From Candidatus Micrarchaeota archaeon (GTDB taxonomy: Archaea; Micrarchaeota; Micrarchaeia; Norongarragalinales; Norongarragalinaceae): a stretch of 30,773 nucleotides of DNA. A program made the translations under genes and the position numbers. Within the stretch, counting starts at the first letter, position 1. The number at the start of each line of letters is the position of its first letter. The stretch spans positions 1-30,773 of the forward strand of contig JBBIMI010000010.1 in the NCBI GenBank assembly GCA_037444485.1. Reading direction: 5' to 3'. Below the pieces are notes generated by a model, which worked only from the letters and a program-made list of their open reading frames with translations, did not search any database and had not been told where the DNA came from. Positions 16,711-26,496 of this stretch are shown here, in pieces.

Positions 16711-18006
16711 TTGAAGCAAGTAATTAAAATCAGTGAGGCTTTTGAAGCGAAGCCAGGCAGCAGGGTGCGCGTGCGCGGTTGGATTTACCGCAGGCGTTCA
16801 AGCGGCGGCGTTGTTTTCGCGGTAGTGCGCGACAGTACTGGAGTGATTCAAGCGGCTGTGAAGAAGGAGAACGTGCCGCAAGCTGATTTCGATCGCGCTT
16901 CACGCGCACTAATCGAGTCTTCCGTTGTAGTCGAAGGAATATTGCGTGAAGACGAGCGCGCGCCTGGCGGGCGCGAGATTGAAGCAAAAGAATTCGAGGT
17001 CATTCACTTCGCGCATCCGTTCCCAATTACTGAACACCAGAGCACTGAATTTCTTCTTGACGTGCGCCACTTGTGGCTGCGTTCGCAGAAGATGACTAAC
17101 ATTATGAAAGCACGCAGCAAGATTGTTAAATACTTGCGCGAGTTTTTTGAAGAAAACGATTTTTGGGAAGTCACTCCACCAATAATCACGCGCAACGAGT
17201 GCGAGGGGGGCGCGACGCTCTTCGAATTCAATTACTTTGGGCAACGCGCGTTTCTCAGCCAAAGCGCGCAATTGTATAACGAAGCTTTCATTACCTCGCT
17301 AGAGAAAATCTTTGTTCTCGCGCCCTCGTTCCGCGCCGAGAAGAGTCGGACGCTCAAGCACTTAACCGAGTACTGGCATTTGGAGGAGGAAGCAGCTTTT
17401 TTCGACAACGAAGACAACATGCGCTTGCAGGAAGAAATGGTTTCACACGCGTGCCAGAAACTCGCTGAAAACGATTCCGCGCTTTTGAAGCTTCTTGGAC
17501 GCGACGCGAGAACACTCGCTGAAGTCAAGCCGCCTTTCCCGCGCTTGAGTTACGATGAAGCGCTCGAGAAACTCCGCGAAAAAGGCGTGGAGATAGAGTG
17601 GGGTGAAGACTTCGGAGCAGAGCACGAGAAAATCTTGACGCAAGAATTGGAGAAGCCGTTGTTCGTTCACACGTGGCCGAAAAAAACGAAGCCGTTCTAC
17701 ATGGAGATTCATCCAACAAAGCCAGAGTACGTGCTGAATTCTGACTTGCTTGCGCCAGACGGGCACGGTGAAATAATTGGCGGAAGTCAAAGAATTTGGG
17801 AGTACGACAAGCTCTTGCAACGCTTGAAGGAAGAAGGCTTGAACGTTAAAGACTACGAGTGGTACCTTGACTTGCGAAAGTACGGAAGCGTGCCGCACAG
17901 CGGATTTGGTTTAGGAATAGAACGCCTCGTGAAATGGTTGCTGAACCTTAAACACATTCGTGACGCGATTCCATTCCCGCGAGTCATAAACAGGGCTTAC
18001 CCGTAA
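16711..18006 (+). CDS. asnS: Asparagine--tRNA ligase
   Basis: OB-fold N-terminus, LSQSAQLY, FRAEKS, GEIIGGSQR, WYLDLRKYGSVPHSGFGLGIERL. Start placed at TTG 16711. Confidence 0.92.
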   Translation: MKQVIKISEAFEAKPGSRVRVRGWIYRRRSSGGVVFAVVRDSTGVIQAAVKKENVPQADFDRASRALIESSVVVEGILREDERAPGGREIEAKEFEVIHFAHPFPITEHQSTEFLLDVRHLWLRSQKMTNIMKARSKIVKYLREFFEENDFWEVTPPIITRNECEGGATLFEFNYFGQRAFLSQSAQLYNEAFITSLEKIFVLAPSFRAEKSRTLKHLTEYWHLEEEAAFFDNEDNMRLQEEMVSHACQKLAENDSALLKLLGRDARTLAEVKPPFPRLSYDEALEKLREKGVEIEWGEDFGAEHEKILTQELEKPLFVHTWPKKTKPFYMEIHPTKPEYVLNSDLLAPDGHGEIIGGSQRIWEYDKLLQRLKEEGLNVKDYEWYLDLRKYGSVPHSGFGLGIERLVKWLLNLKHIRDAIPFPRVINRAYP

Positions 18007-18034
18007 CACGCGAAGCCAAAAAAAAAAGTCGAAT

Positions 18035-18080
18035 TATTGAAACTATATCGAGAAACTATATTGAAACTATATTGAAACTA
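18035..18080. repeat. 11-nt tandem repeat (about 4 copies) spanning the rpa stop codon
   Basis: tattgaaacta at 18035, 18059 and 18070, plus variant tatcgagaaacta at 18046. Confidence 0.9.
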
Positions 18081-19359
18081 TTTTCTTGACAACGAGTTCC
18101 AACTCGCCTGAAAAACGATTCGCGCGCGGCAACACGACTGCGGAAAAACTTTTTCCTTCAAGCGCCTTCGCTTTCTCCGCGTCAACCTCACTAACTTCGC
18201 TCAAGCCAATAGAATTCAATAATTGTTTTGCGTCCCCGGCAAAAAAAACTGTGCGACGCCTCCCAGAATCGTCTTCAACTTCAACACTAACGAAAAGCGT
18301 TTCCCTCCACGAAGTTTCCCTGCAAGCACAGAATCCCTCGCGCTGTCCACACTTTACGCACTTGCGCGAAACCCTCGCGTCGAAAACGCGCGCAATCCGC
18401 GCTTCAACAAGCGACTCTACGCCTTCCTCAAGCAAAACGATTTTGCGCGCTTGCGCGGCCACTCCGCTTGCTCCGCTTGCGCTGCTTACGCTACTTGCGG
18501 ACGCGCTCGCATTGTCGCCTTTTTTAAGCAAGTAAATCATTGACGTATTGTTAGCGTGCAGTTCGACTTCGCCGCTCGCGTTTTTCTTCACTAAAACACT
18601 TTCAAAACGCGCTTCATCGCCCTGCGTCAAGCTGCGGGAAAGCGAAACCGCGTTATTCCAAACGATTAAAGGCACTCGCGCTTGTTCTGCGCGTTCCACG
18701 CTTTCAGTGTCTGCAAGCAATAGCCACTGGCGCAAGCCGAGCCTGCCGTCGCGAGAAACGAACTCGCGCGGCTCGCGCAAGCCTGCAACGCGCGCGGCAA
18801 CGTCAACCACGCTGCCTTCAGGCAATGCGGTTGCTTCCCTAATTGAAAGCGATTGTGTTTGCGGCTGCCCGGAATCCGGGATTTGTTTGACTAGCGTCGC
18901 GTTGCGCGCGTGAAACTCAAGGGGAGAAATGCTTTTCACGAAAGCGTTCTCGACGCGAACGCACGCGTTCTTGCGCAGCGAGCCACTTGAAACCAAGTCA
19001 GTCAAGTCATCCCATAAAACCAGGTTGGCATTGTTTTTTTCAGCGTCTATTAAGGAAACGTTTGCGACCCGCCCACGCCTACCGTTCTTGTCGAACTCGC
19101 GCGGAGGCAGAACACGAACAATGCGCGCGTTGAAAGAAACCATTCGACCAACGCTCGCTTGCGAAAAACTCTTTAAACTCGCGCTTTCGCCCGCTTGCTT
19201 TCCGCTTTCACTAGAATTTTCGTCCGCAAGCAGTTTCAACGCGCTTTCAGAGTCTGCGAGCTCGCCGTACTCGCGTTTTTTTTCCGCAATCGCTTTTTCA
19301 AGTTGTTCTTTACTCCAGCCGAACGCTTTAAGCGCCAACTCTTCCGTCTCGCTAGCCAC
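18067..19359 (-). CDS. rpa: Replication protein A (multiple OB folds, Zn finger)
   Basis: OB folds with REFDKNGRRGRV...LVLWD and REFVSRDGRLG...LIVWN; CVKC..CAC. GTG 19359 after GGTGA preferred; TTG 19377 is the alternative. Confidence 0.85.
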   Translation of the reverse strand: MASETEELALKAFGWSKEQLEKAIAEKKREYGELADSESALKLLADENSSESGKQAGESASLKSFSQASVGRMVSFNARIVRVLPPREFDKNGRRGRVANVSLIDAEKNNANLVLWDDLTDLVSSGSLRKNACVRVENAFVKSISPLEFHARNATLVKQIPDSGQPQTQSLSIREATALPEGSVVDVAARVAGLREPREFVSRDGRLGLRQWLLLADTESVERAEQARVPLIVWNNAVSLSRSLTQGDEARFESVLVKKNASGEVELHANNTSMIYLLKKGDNASASASSVSSASGASGVAAQARKIVLLEEGVESLVEARIARVFDARVSRKCVKCGQREGFCACRETSWRETLFVSVEVEDDSGRRRTVFFAGDAKQLLNSIGLSEVSEVDAEKAKALEGKSFSAVVLPRANRFSGELELVVKKIVSI

Positions 19360-19443
19360 GCCCCTTTCACCAGGCAAGTAAAGCCATTTAAATAATCCTT
19401 CGCCCCAAATCTTTTTTTATCCCAACGCGTTTATTATAGTTTT

Positions 19444-19462
19444 GCATGCATAATTTGCATGC
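19444..19462. promoter_or_regulatory. Perfect inverted repeat, candidate operator
   Basis: GCATGCA-taatt-TGCATGC beside the TATA-like tttattata (19430-19438) in the divergent rpa/GGGPS spacer. Confidence 0.4.
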
Positions 19463-19556
19463 TTTCAAGTTTTAACTCGACGTTGCGTTAGCGAACGAAG
19501 CGAACGATAAAGTTGAAAAACAATTGTTGTAAGGTTTAAAAAAAAGGTTTAAAAAA

Positions 19557-20330
19557 ATGTTTAAAACAGAAAAATATTATTCCGAAAAAATATCTACGCA
19601 AGGCGCGATGCTTTTTTCCTTGATCGACCCGGACAAGCTCGCGCGAGAAGCAGGCGCGCGAGTCGCGCGGCAAAGCTATGAAGGCGGCGCTGACGCGATT
19701 CTCGTTGGCGGAAGCATTGGAGTGCAAGGAAGCATTCTAGACGAAACAGTTAAAATGATTAAAGAAAGCGCGCCGGGACTGCCAGTAGTGCTTTATCCAG
19801 GCTCTCCAGGCGGTTTAACGCCTTACGCTGACGCCGTTTACTTCATGCAAATGCTGAACTCGCGCGACGTTTACTGGCTGAGCACAGCCCAAATCCAAGC
19901 AGCGCCAGTAGTGGCGCGAATGAAGCTCGAAGCCATTCCAACTACTTACCTCGTCATCGAGCCGGGGCGCGCAGTAGGGTGGATTGGGAACGCGAACCTC
20001 GTGCCCCGCGACAGGCCAGACCTCGCAGCTGCCTGCGCGCTCGCAGCGCGCTACACTGGCTCGCACGTTCTCATTACTGACGCAGGCAGCGGCGCGCCTT
20101 CGCCTGTTCCGGACGCACTCGAATTGATTCGCGCGATAAGCAAAGCGTGCGACAGCGACTTGTTTTATTTTTATGGTGGTGGAGTGCGTTCACCTGAAGA
20201 CGCTGCGCAAGTGATAAGAGCAGGCGCGTTAGGCGTGCAAATCGGTAACGCTTTCGAAGAGCAAACCGCTTTCAAGAAAATAAAGGAAATCAGTGCTGCA
20301 ATCCGCCGCGAAGGCAAAAAACGAGTTTGA
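19557..20330 (+). CDS. Geranylgeranylglyceryl phosphate synthase family (group II)
   Basis: LIDPDK, DAILVGGSIG, VVLYPG, LNSRDVYW, YLVIEPG, AGSGAP, GGGVRS motifs. Confidence 0.92.
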   Translation: MFKTEKYYSEKISTQGAMLFSLIDPDKLAREAGARVARQSYEGGADAILVGGSIGVQGSILDETVKMIKESAPGLPVVLYPGSPGGLTPYADAVYFMQMLNSRDVYWLSTAQIQAAPVVARMKLEAIPTTYLVIEPGRAVGWIGNANLVPRDRPDLAAACALAARYTGSHVLITDAGSGAPSPVPDALELIRAISKACDSDLFYFYGGGVRSPEDAAQVIRAGALGVQIGNAFEEQTAFKKIKEISAAIRREGKKRV

Positions 20331-20667
20331 AAGCATTTAAGACACTCGCTTGAAGGCCGCGGTTTCTGTTTGTTTCTGATTTCTAGTGGGCTGTTTTCAC
20401 CGCTTGCACTGCGCTTGCGTTGACGAAAACCATTATTCTTGCGCGCAACGTGAAAGCTCGCGCCGCCTGCGCCAACGCGACCAGCGAGCCCGCGCAACCC
20501 CCTACAAAAACTAACGAACAACTAGAAATAATTAAAGCGAAAAATAATTGGCAAGCAACTGAAGTGAAACGATTAGGGTTGATTCGTCCCGCGAGTGAAC
20601 TCGCGTAATTTTCAGCCAAACGCGTTAAAGAAAAAGAATTTAATTCGTGCGCGCTAACTCTTTTTTC

Positions 20668-21921
20668 ATGATCTTCGATTTCGCAGTCAACGTGTTGCTC
20701 TCGCTTGCAGCCGGCGGCTTGATTGGGCTTGAACGCGAACGCGGCTTCACTAAACCAGTTCTAGGCACGCGCACTTTCGCGCTCACCGCATTCCTCGGCT
20801 TCATGCTTTCTTACTTTGGACGCCAGCTTGGCTTTGGACTCTTGTTTACAGTAATCGGACTTGCAGGCGTTTTCGCTTTAGCTGCATTTTATTACAACTC
20901 GCGCGTTCGCGCGAGTTATTACGCGAGAGAAGCGATAGGCTTGACTACGACGATGATGATTCCCTTCACGTTCTTTATCGGAATCCTAATCGGCTACGGG
21001 TTTAACTTGGAAGCTGGAATCGCTGCTGTCGCAAGCGTTTACTTGCTGGTTGAACGAAAAGAAGTGCACGCGTTTGCGAAAACCATTTCACGAGAGGAAA
21101 TAATAGACTTGCTGATTTTTGCAGTAATCGCTTTCATTATTTACCCGCAACTCCCGCCAGGCGAAGTCACGCTCTTCAACTTGAACTTCAACCTTCAATA
21201 CTTTTGGCTCATTGTCGTGCTCGTCACTTCGATAAGCTTCTTGTCGCATTTTGGGTTAAAGTACTTCCACGAAAAAGCTGTTGTTTATGCTTCATTCGTT
21301 GGCGGCGTTCTCTCCGCGACAGCAACCATAGTCTTATTTTTGAAAAAACACGTTGGCGAAAACGTTTTCTTTACAGTATTCGCGGTTTCAAGCGCTGGCG
21401 CCTTGCTTGCAGACATCGTAATGCTCGCGGCAGTCAACCAAAACCTGCTTCTAGCCGCGTCATCCTTCCTCGCAACTCAAACAATTGCCTTGCTCGCTGT
21501 TTCGTACTACTACGCTCGCAGGTTACGCGAGTTCAAAGAAGTAGTGCCTGAAAGCAAGCGTTTTCTCTCCCTAAAATTCGTCTTTGAATTCGCAGTAATA
21601 TTCTTCTTGGTTTCAGTCCTAGTAAACGCTGGCAGCGGAGTGCGCGACTGGAGCGGGGCTGGAATACTATTTACCTCAATCATAGGCGGGCTTGTTTCAC
21701 AAACCTCGGTATTCGCTGCAATCGCTTACCAAAACTCTGCGGGCGCTGTAGACACCGGCACCGCAGCCCTCGCGTTATTCGTTTCCACCATATCTGCGCT
21801 CGCATCTAAAACCACGCTTTCAGCGCTTGGTTTAAAGAAAAAAGCGGCTGCGGTTTCAATAATCATTTTCGCTCTCGTCACAGCAGCTACAACCGCTGGT
21901 TTTCTCGCCTTCCACTCTTAA
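20668..21921 (+). CDS. MgtC/SapB family membrane protein with DUF4010-type C-terminal region
   Basis: GGLIGLERE, GTRTFAL, GLTT, IIYPQLP, GGVLSATAT; many TM segments. ATG 20668 lies 23-30 nt after gaaaaagaATTTAATT (probably leaderless). Confidence 0.85.
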   Translation: MIFDFAVNVLLSLAAGGLIGLERERGFTKPVLGTRTFALTAFLGFMLSYFGRQLGFGLLFTVIGLAGVFALAAFYYNSRVRASYYAREAIGLTTTMMIPFTFFIGILIGYGFNLEAGIAAVASVYLLVERKEVHAFAKTISREEIIDLLIFAVIAFIIYPQLPPGEVTLFNLNFNLQYFWLIVVLVTSISFLSHFGLKYFHEKAVVYASFVGGVLSATATIVLFLKKHVGENVFFTVFAVSSAGALLADIVMLAAVNQNLLLAASSFLATQTIALLAVSYYYARRLREFKEVVPESKRFLSLKFVFEFAVIFFLVSVLVNAGSGVRDWSGAGILFTSIIGGLVSQTSVFAAIAYQNSAGAVDTGTAALALFVSTISALASKTTLSALGLKKKAAAVSIIIFALVTAATTAGFLAFHS

Positions 21922-22265
21922 AAATCTCTTAAAAATAATTCACAAAATCAAATTAATTCACAAAATCACAAAAACTAATTTCGCGTAAAGCGTTCCTGTT
22001 CCCAGCAGTAACGCTTCAATTGAATGCTAGGTCACGCTGACTTCCAATAAAAAAATTAGAAGCAAGCCGAACAATCCCTTCCACTAATGTTTATAAACCC
22101 TAAAAAACATAGTATTAACTACTAAATAGTAACAACACACTTGATGATGGTAATTTTAGTGGCAATGCTTTTGCAGTAAAGACGGTGAAGACGCTTTTAT
22201 AGTTGTAGTTAAAACTTTGGTTGGCTTCATTGTTTTGCGGGTTTTGTTTTTTGCAGGTTTTTGTT

Positions 22266-24710
22266 ATGGTTTTTGTTATGAGTGAAGGCATTTCAAAGAT
22301 TTGTTTTTGCGTTTCTGAGTTTTTCGTTTTTCTAGCCGCCGGCATGGTTTTGTTGAACGCGAGTGGTTTTGTTGCTTTCACTTCAGCATCCGCAATCGCG
22401 TTGACGCCTGCGAGCGTTGAAGAAACCACGTGCATTTGCGACACGCAAATCACGAAGTTCATCGCTTCAAACCCTAGCGACGTGGAGGATAACTATGTTT
22501 TCTCGGTTTCTGGCGATGAAGAGTGGGGCGTAATAGCGCCCTTCAACGCTGTTCTAAAACCCGGCGATGCTGCAGACATTTACTCGTTCATAACCCCTAG
22601 TTGCTTTGCGGTGCCTGGACTGTATTCGTTTACTGTTTCAGGAAAATCTACTACTGAAGAAGCTAAGAGCGTAATAAAGCTGCGCGTGAACCCCTGCATT
22701 AAAATCGATGCGGACGCATTCCCGCAATCAGCGTGCGTCGGCGAAAAACTTGTTGCACGATTTTCTCTGCACAACAACGGCAAGACGACTAGCAAAAACT
22801 ATTCGATTCTCCTTGAAGGCGATGCTGCGAAGGCCGCGAGCGCAAGCGAAAAAGAGGTTTGGGTTGCTGCCGGCGAGACAAAGCCGCTTCAAGTTTTCAT
22901 TGATTCAACCACTTTAACGCCTGGAGCGCACAAGCTCGTTGTGAAGGCAATCGCACTCTACCCGCCTACCGGCCAACCTACTGGCGACTCGGACGTTGCT
23001 GAAATCGTTTTCGAAACGCGCGCTTGCCAAGACATTGGAATTGAGGTTGAAGGCTTGCCTTCCCCAACCATTATTCCGGCAAACGCTTCAACAGCTGGAG
23101 TAGGCTTAATGATTCCGGAGGCTTTCGGCGCTTGCCTGAAACAAAAAAACAGTATTCGATTGAAAATCACTAATTACGGTGTTGCAGGCGACGTCGTCAC
23201 TCTCTACACGAACGCGACTGAAGTGATTCTCGAAAAAACGAGCGTACCCATTCCCGCAAACTCAAGCGTTTTTGTGAACGCGGTTTTCGAGCCTCAGGGC
23301 GCGGGACTGAAGGACTACGTGTTTAAAGCACGCACGACGCGGGGGGTCGAGAAAAGCGTTTTGCTTCCAGTAGAGTCAAGCGAGTGCGCGGGCGTGTTCC
23401 TTCGCGTTGAAGGACCGAAACAATTTTGTTCGGAAAACGGTTCGCGTGATTTCAATGTTTTCATCAAAAACATCGGCCGACCAACAAGTTTCAAACTCCT
23501 CGCGCCGAACCTGCCTTTCGCCGGATTCGCGCAGCAATACATTTCAGTAAACACTGGCGAAGAAAAAGAAGTTCCAATAGAAATTCCGGCTTACGTTTCA
23601 CCAGAGAACTACACGCTCAGCGTGCGCGCTGTTTCGCCGAACGCGAGCGCGAAAAACTTTACGCGTTTTGAAGCGCTCGATTGTTTTAATGTGCGTGTGA
23701 CAGCTGCGGATGGTGAGGTTTGCGAGAATGCGGATAAAGCTTTTCCATTCGAAGTAATAAACCTTGGAACGCGTGAAGACGCTTATTACGTGACGATGCT
23801 TGCCGGCCCTGACTGGATTTCATTCAACGAAACCCAAAACTTTTCTATTCCGCCGAATTCAAAGAAAACTTTCTTTCCACAAGTAAAAAATTCTGAAGCG
23901 CCGCCCGGCGTATACCACATCGTGTTCAGCGTCAACTCGCTGACCGACTCGACGAATGTGTGGGACCGCGTTGGCATAAACGTTACCGCTCGCTCGAAAG
24001 AAGAGTGTTACCGCGCGCGCGTTTCACTGCCACGCGAAGAATTCGTTGAACCGAACGCGAGCACCGTGATTGCTGTACGCGTTTTAAACAACGGGTTGGA
24101 GGAAAACGTTTACTCGCTGCGCTTGGAAGCACCCGAATGGATTAATTTCACTCCAGGTTTTCCAGGATTTCTCCGCATTCCGAAAGGCGGGGAACGCGGA
24201 ATAAAACTAATAGTCAACCCGCCTGCAAGCGAAGTCAACAAAACCTTCATAGTCAAACTCGCTGCAGTTTCCCGCGGGGTTAGTTCAAGCGACGAAACGA
24301 TTCTCCGCGTGGTAGCTGTCGGGGAAGCACAAAAACTGCGCAAGGCAGCAGAAGCAATACCGTTGCCTGCTGACGTCGCGCAGGAAAACGGTTTCATTAC
24401 AGTGCGCACGCTGCCTGAAGCGAGCGTTTCCTTTCTCTCCGGCAACAAAATCTTTGAAACTAAAACAGATTCAAGCGGCAATGCGCGGCTAGCTGTAAAC
24501 GAGTCCAGCCTTTGGACCATCACACTAAAAAAACAAGGGTATAGTGATACTAGCGTTTCATTCGAATTCAAGCAACCGCAGAAAGTGACTGGAGCATTCC
24601 TGCTAGACGCAAACGCGATGCTTTACAGCGCAATTCTGCTAGTCGCGGTTGTTCTCGCATTATACGGCGTTTACCTGCTTTCCGGAAGAAAGAAAAGAAA
24701 GAAAAAATAA
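22266..24710 (+). CDS. Large secreted, membrane-anchored protein of tandem Ig-like (CARDB/NEW3-like) domains
   Basis: Signal-like N-terminus; repeated I/V-x-N-x-G beta-sandwich units with paired Cys; many NxS/T sequons; VTGAF, TM, RKKRKKK. Start is 22266 or 22278. Confidence 0.8.
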   Translation: MVFVMSEGISKICFCVSEFFVFLAAGMVLLNASGFVAFTSASAIALTPASVEETTCICDTQITKFIASNPSDVEDNYVFSVSGDEEWGVIAPFNAVLKPGDAADIYSFITPSCFAVPGLYSFTVSGKSTTEEAKSVIKLRVNPCIKIDADAFPQSACVGEKLVARFSLHNNGKTTSKNYSILLEGDAAKAASASEKEVWVAAGETKPLQVFIDSTTLTPGAHKLVVKAIALYPPTGQPTGDSDVAEIVFETRACQDIGIEVEGLPSPTIIPANASTAGVGLMIPEAFGACLKQKNSIRLKITNYGVAGDVVTLYTNATEVILEKTSVPIPANSSVFVNAVFEPQGAGLKDYVFKARTTRGVEKSVLLPVESSECAGVFLRVEGPKQFCSENGSRDFNVFIKNIGRPTSFKLLAPNLPFAGFAQQYISVNTGEEKEVPIEIPAYVSPENYTLSVRAVSPNASAKNFTRFEALDCFNVRVTAADGEVCENADKAFPFEVINLGTREDAYYVTMLAGPDWISFNETQNFSIPPNSKKTFFPQVKNSEAPPGVYHIVFSVNSLTDSTNVWDRVGINVTARSKEECYRARVSLPREEFVEPNASTVIAVRVLNNGLEENVYSLRLEAPEWINFTPGFPGFLRIPKGGERGIKLIVNPPASEVNKTFIVKLAAVSRGVSSSDETILRVVAVGEAQKLRKAAEAIPLPADVAQENGFITVRTLPEASVSFLSGNKIFETKTDSSGNARLAVNESSLWTITLKKQGYSDTSVSFEFKQPQKVTGAFLLDANAMLYSAILLVAVVLALYGVYLLSGRKKRKKK

Positions 24711-24759
24711 AGTTCTTTCAACTTTCGTTTTTTAAAATGCTTTAAACTTAACTATCTTC

Positions 24760-25800
24760 ATGCTTGAAATCGACGGCAGTCACGGCAGCGGAGGCGGGCA
24801 AGTCTTACGCTCGAGCCTAGCACTCAGCGCGCTCACGCAGAAAAGCTTTTCACTTAAAAACATTCGCGCGGGCCGCAAGAATCCTGGTCTTGCAGCGCAG
24901 CACTTGACTTGCGTGAACGCAGTCACCGAACTCACGAACGCGCGCGTGCAAGGCGCAGAACTCGGGTCAACAAAATTGGTTTTTGAGCCTCAAGGCTTCG
25001 CAGCCGGCGCGCACGAGTTCGACTGCGGGACAGCGGGCTCAGTAACACTCGTACTGCAGGCATTGCTTCCAGCCTTCGCTTTCGCAGGAAAAAAAACAAG
25101 CGTAAAACTCTCGGGTGGCACAGCAGTTGCTTGGTCTCCGCCAGTCAATTACTTTCAACGCGTTTTGCTTCCAACGCTTACGCGCATGAACTTGAACGCT
25201 TCGCTTGAAGTAAAAAAGTGGGGTTGGTACCCGAAAGGCGGCGGCGTCATTGAAGTTAAAGTTAAACCAGTGAGTTACTTGAAGGCTGTCGAACTAATCG
25301 AACGCGGCGCGCTTGAACGCGCTAGCGCGGAAGTGGTTTGCTCGAACCTGCCAGCGCACGTCAGCGAGCGAATGAAGATACACGCGCTGCGACTCGCTTC
25401 GGAAAAAAAACTTGAAAACTTTAAGGCAAACGTTTTTCAAGCGCCTTCCGTCGGGCAAGGCGCAGAGTTCTTCCTGCTTGTGGAACACGCGAACGCGCTT
25501 GCTGGCTTCAGCGCGCTTGGAGAACGCGGAAAGCCAGCTGAAAAACTCGTTGAAGAAGCTTTCGCCGCCTTCGAGGGATTCGAGAAAAGCGGTGCCTGCA
25601 TCGACGAGCACTTGGGCGACCAACTCATTCCATTCCTCGCACTCGCACGCGGCGAAACGCGTTTGCGCGCGCTTCTCACGCGACACTTGCTTACGAACGC
25701 TTGGGTTTGTGAACAGTTTCTTGAAACCAAATTCGTGATTCAAGGAAAAGAAAACGAGGTTGGACTCGTTTCAGTCAAAGGAGTTGATTTCAAAAAATAG
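24760..25800 (+). CDS. rtcA: RNA 3'-terminal phosphate cyclase
   Basis: IDGSHGSGGGQVLR, IRAGRKNPGLAAQH, GWYPKGGG, DEHLGDQL, HLLTN. TATA TTTTTTAAAA 23-32 nt upstream. Confidence 0.95.
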   Translation: MLEIDGSHGSGGGQVLRSSLALSALTQKSFSLKNIRAGRKNPGLAAQHLTCVNAVTELTNARVQGAELGSTKLVFEPQGFAAGAHEFDCGTAGSVTLVLQALLPAFAFAGKKTSVKLSGGTAVAWSPPVNYFQRVLLPTLTRMNLNASLEVKKWGWYPKGGGVIEVKVKPVSYLKAVELIERGALERASAEVVCSNLPAHVSERMKIHALRLASEKKLENFKANVFQAPSVGQGAEFFLLVEHANALAGFSALGERGKPAEKLVEEAFAAFEGFEKSGACIDEHLGDQLIPFLALARGETRLRALLTRHLLTNAWVCEQFLETKFVIQGKENEVGLVSVKGVDFKK

Positions 25801-25865
25801 AAACAAAACGGTTTTAAACGCTCGAGTGTTTTATTAATCAAAATTTTTGTCGAGGTGGGGTAATA

Positions 25866-26486
25866 GTGGGTTTAAACAAAATGTGGGGCTTAATCGCTCT
25901 ACTTTCAATTGGATTGCTGCTGTTCGGCTGCACGCAGCCGCCTGCGCAACAGGGGACCGCAGCGGTTACGCAAGCGCCAGGGCAAGCGACTCAACAAGCT
26001 GTTCAAGCCACTCAAGCGGGTGCCCCGCTTGCTGGACTGGGTTTCGAACAGCTGCTTTCGTTGAATACGCCGACCGCGTGCGACGTGCGCGTGACCAGCG
26101 AAGGCAAGACTTACGATTCCAAAATCTATTTCTTGAACAAGCAGTATCGGTACGAGGTGGACAGTATCGTGGAAGGTAAAACCTTCAAGACAATAATGAT
26201 TTCCAAAAACGGCGTCGCATACATGGACTTGAACGCGATGAAACAACAAAATCCTGAAGTTACGATTCCCTGCGACTGGTTGAAGATGGAAGCGCAAGCG
26301 ACTCAAGAACCGCGACCAGCAGTAAGCGAAAGCCAGTTGAAGGAAATACCGCCGGTAGACTACAAGTGCGCGCCAGCTGTTTTCGGAAACGAAAAGTTTG
26401 ACACGCCAGGCAAAGTCTGCACTTTCGACGAGTGGATGAAAGCGCTTACTGGCGGGGCTGAAATTCCCTCGATTCCAAGCGGGTGA
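25866..26486 (+). CDS. Putative lipoprotein of unknown function
   Basis: Lipobox-like LLLFGC, Q/A/T-rich linker, Cys-containing globular domain. GTG after GAGGTGGGG. Confidence 0.8.
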   Translation: MGLNKMWGLIALLSIGLLLFGCTQPPAQQGTAAVTQAPGQATQQAVQATQAGAPLAGLGFEQLLSLNTPTACDVRVTSEGKTYDSKIYFLNKQYRYEVDSIVEGKTFKTIMISKNGVAYMDLNAMKQQNPEVTIPCDWLKMEAQATQEPRPAVSESQLKEIPPVDYKCAPAVFGNEKFDTPGKVCTFDEWMKALTGGAEIPSIPSG

Positions 26487-26496
26487 GTAAAACAAC

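Noticed and set aside
16711..18006. Non-discriminating AspRS instead of AsnRS
   Set aside because: GEIIGGSQR and WYLDLRKYGSVPHSGFG fit AsnRS better.
21955..22085. Short hydrophobic minus-strand ORF or pseudogene (LFGLLLIFLLEVSVT*HSIEALLLG...)
   Set aside because: Very short, interrupted by a stop, and hydrophobicity is expected from T-rich DNA.
22108..22133. Further NrdR box (actactaaatagtaa)
   Set aside because: CTA...TAG spacing is 2 or 5 nt rather than 4, there is no partner box, and no nucleotide-metabolism gene is adjacent.
22141..22192. C/D box sRNA starting TGATGA
   Set aside because: No CTGA D box at a suitable distance and no terminal stem.
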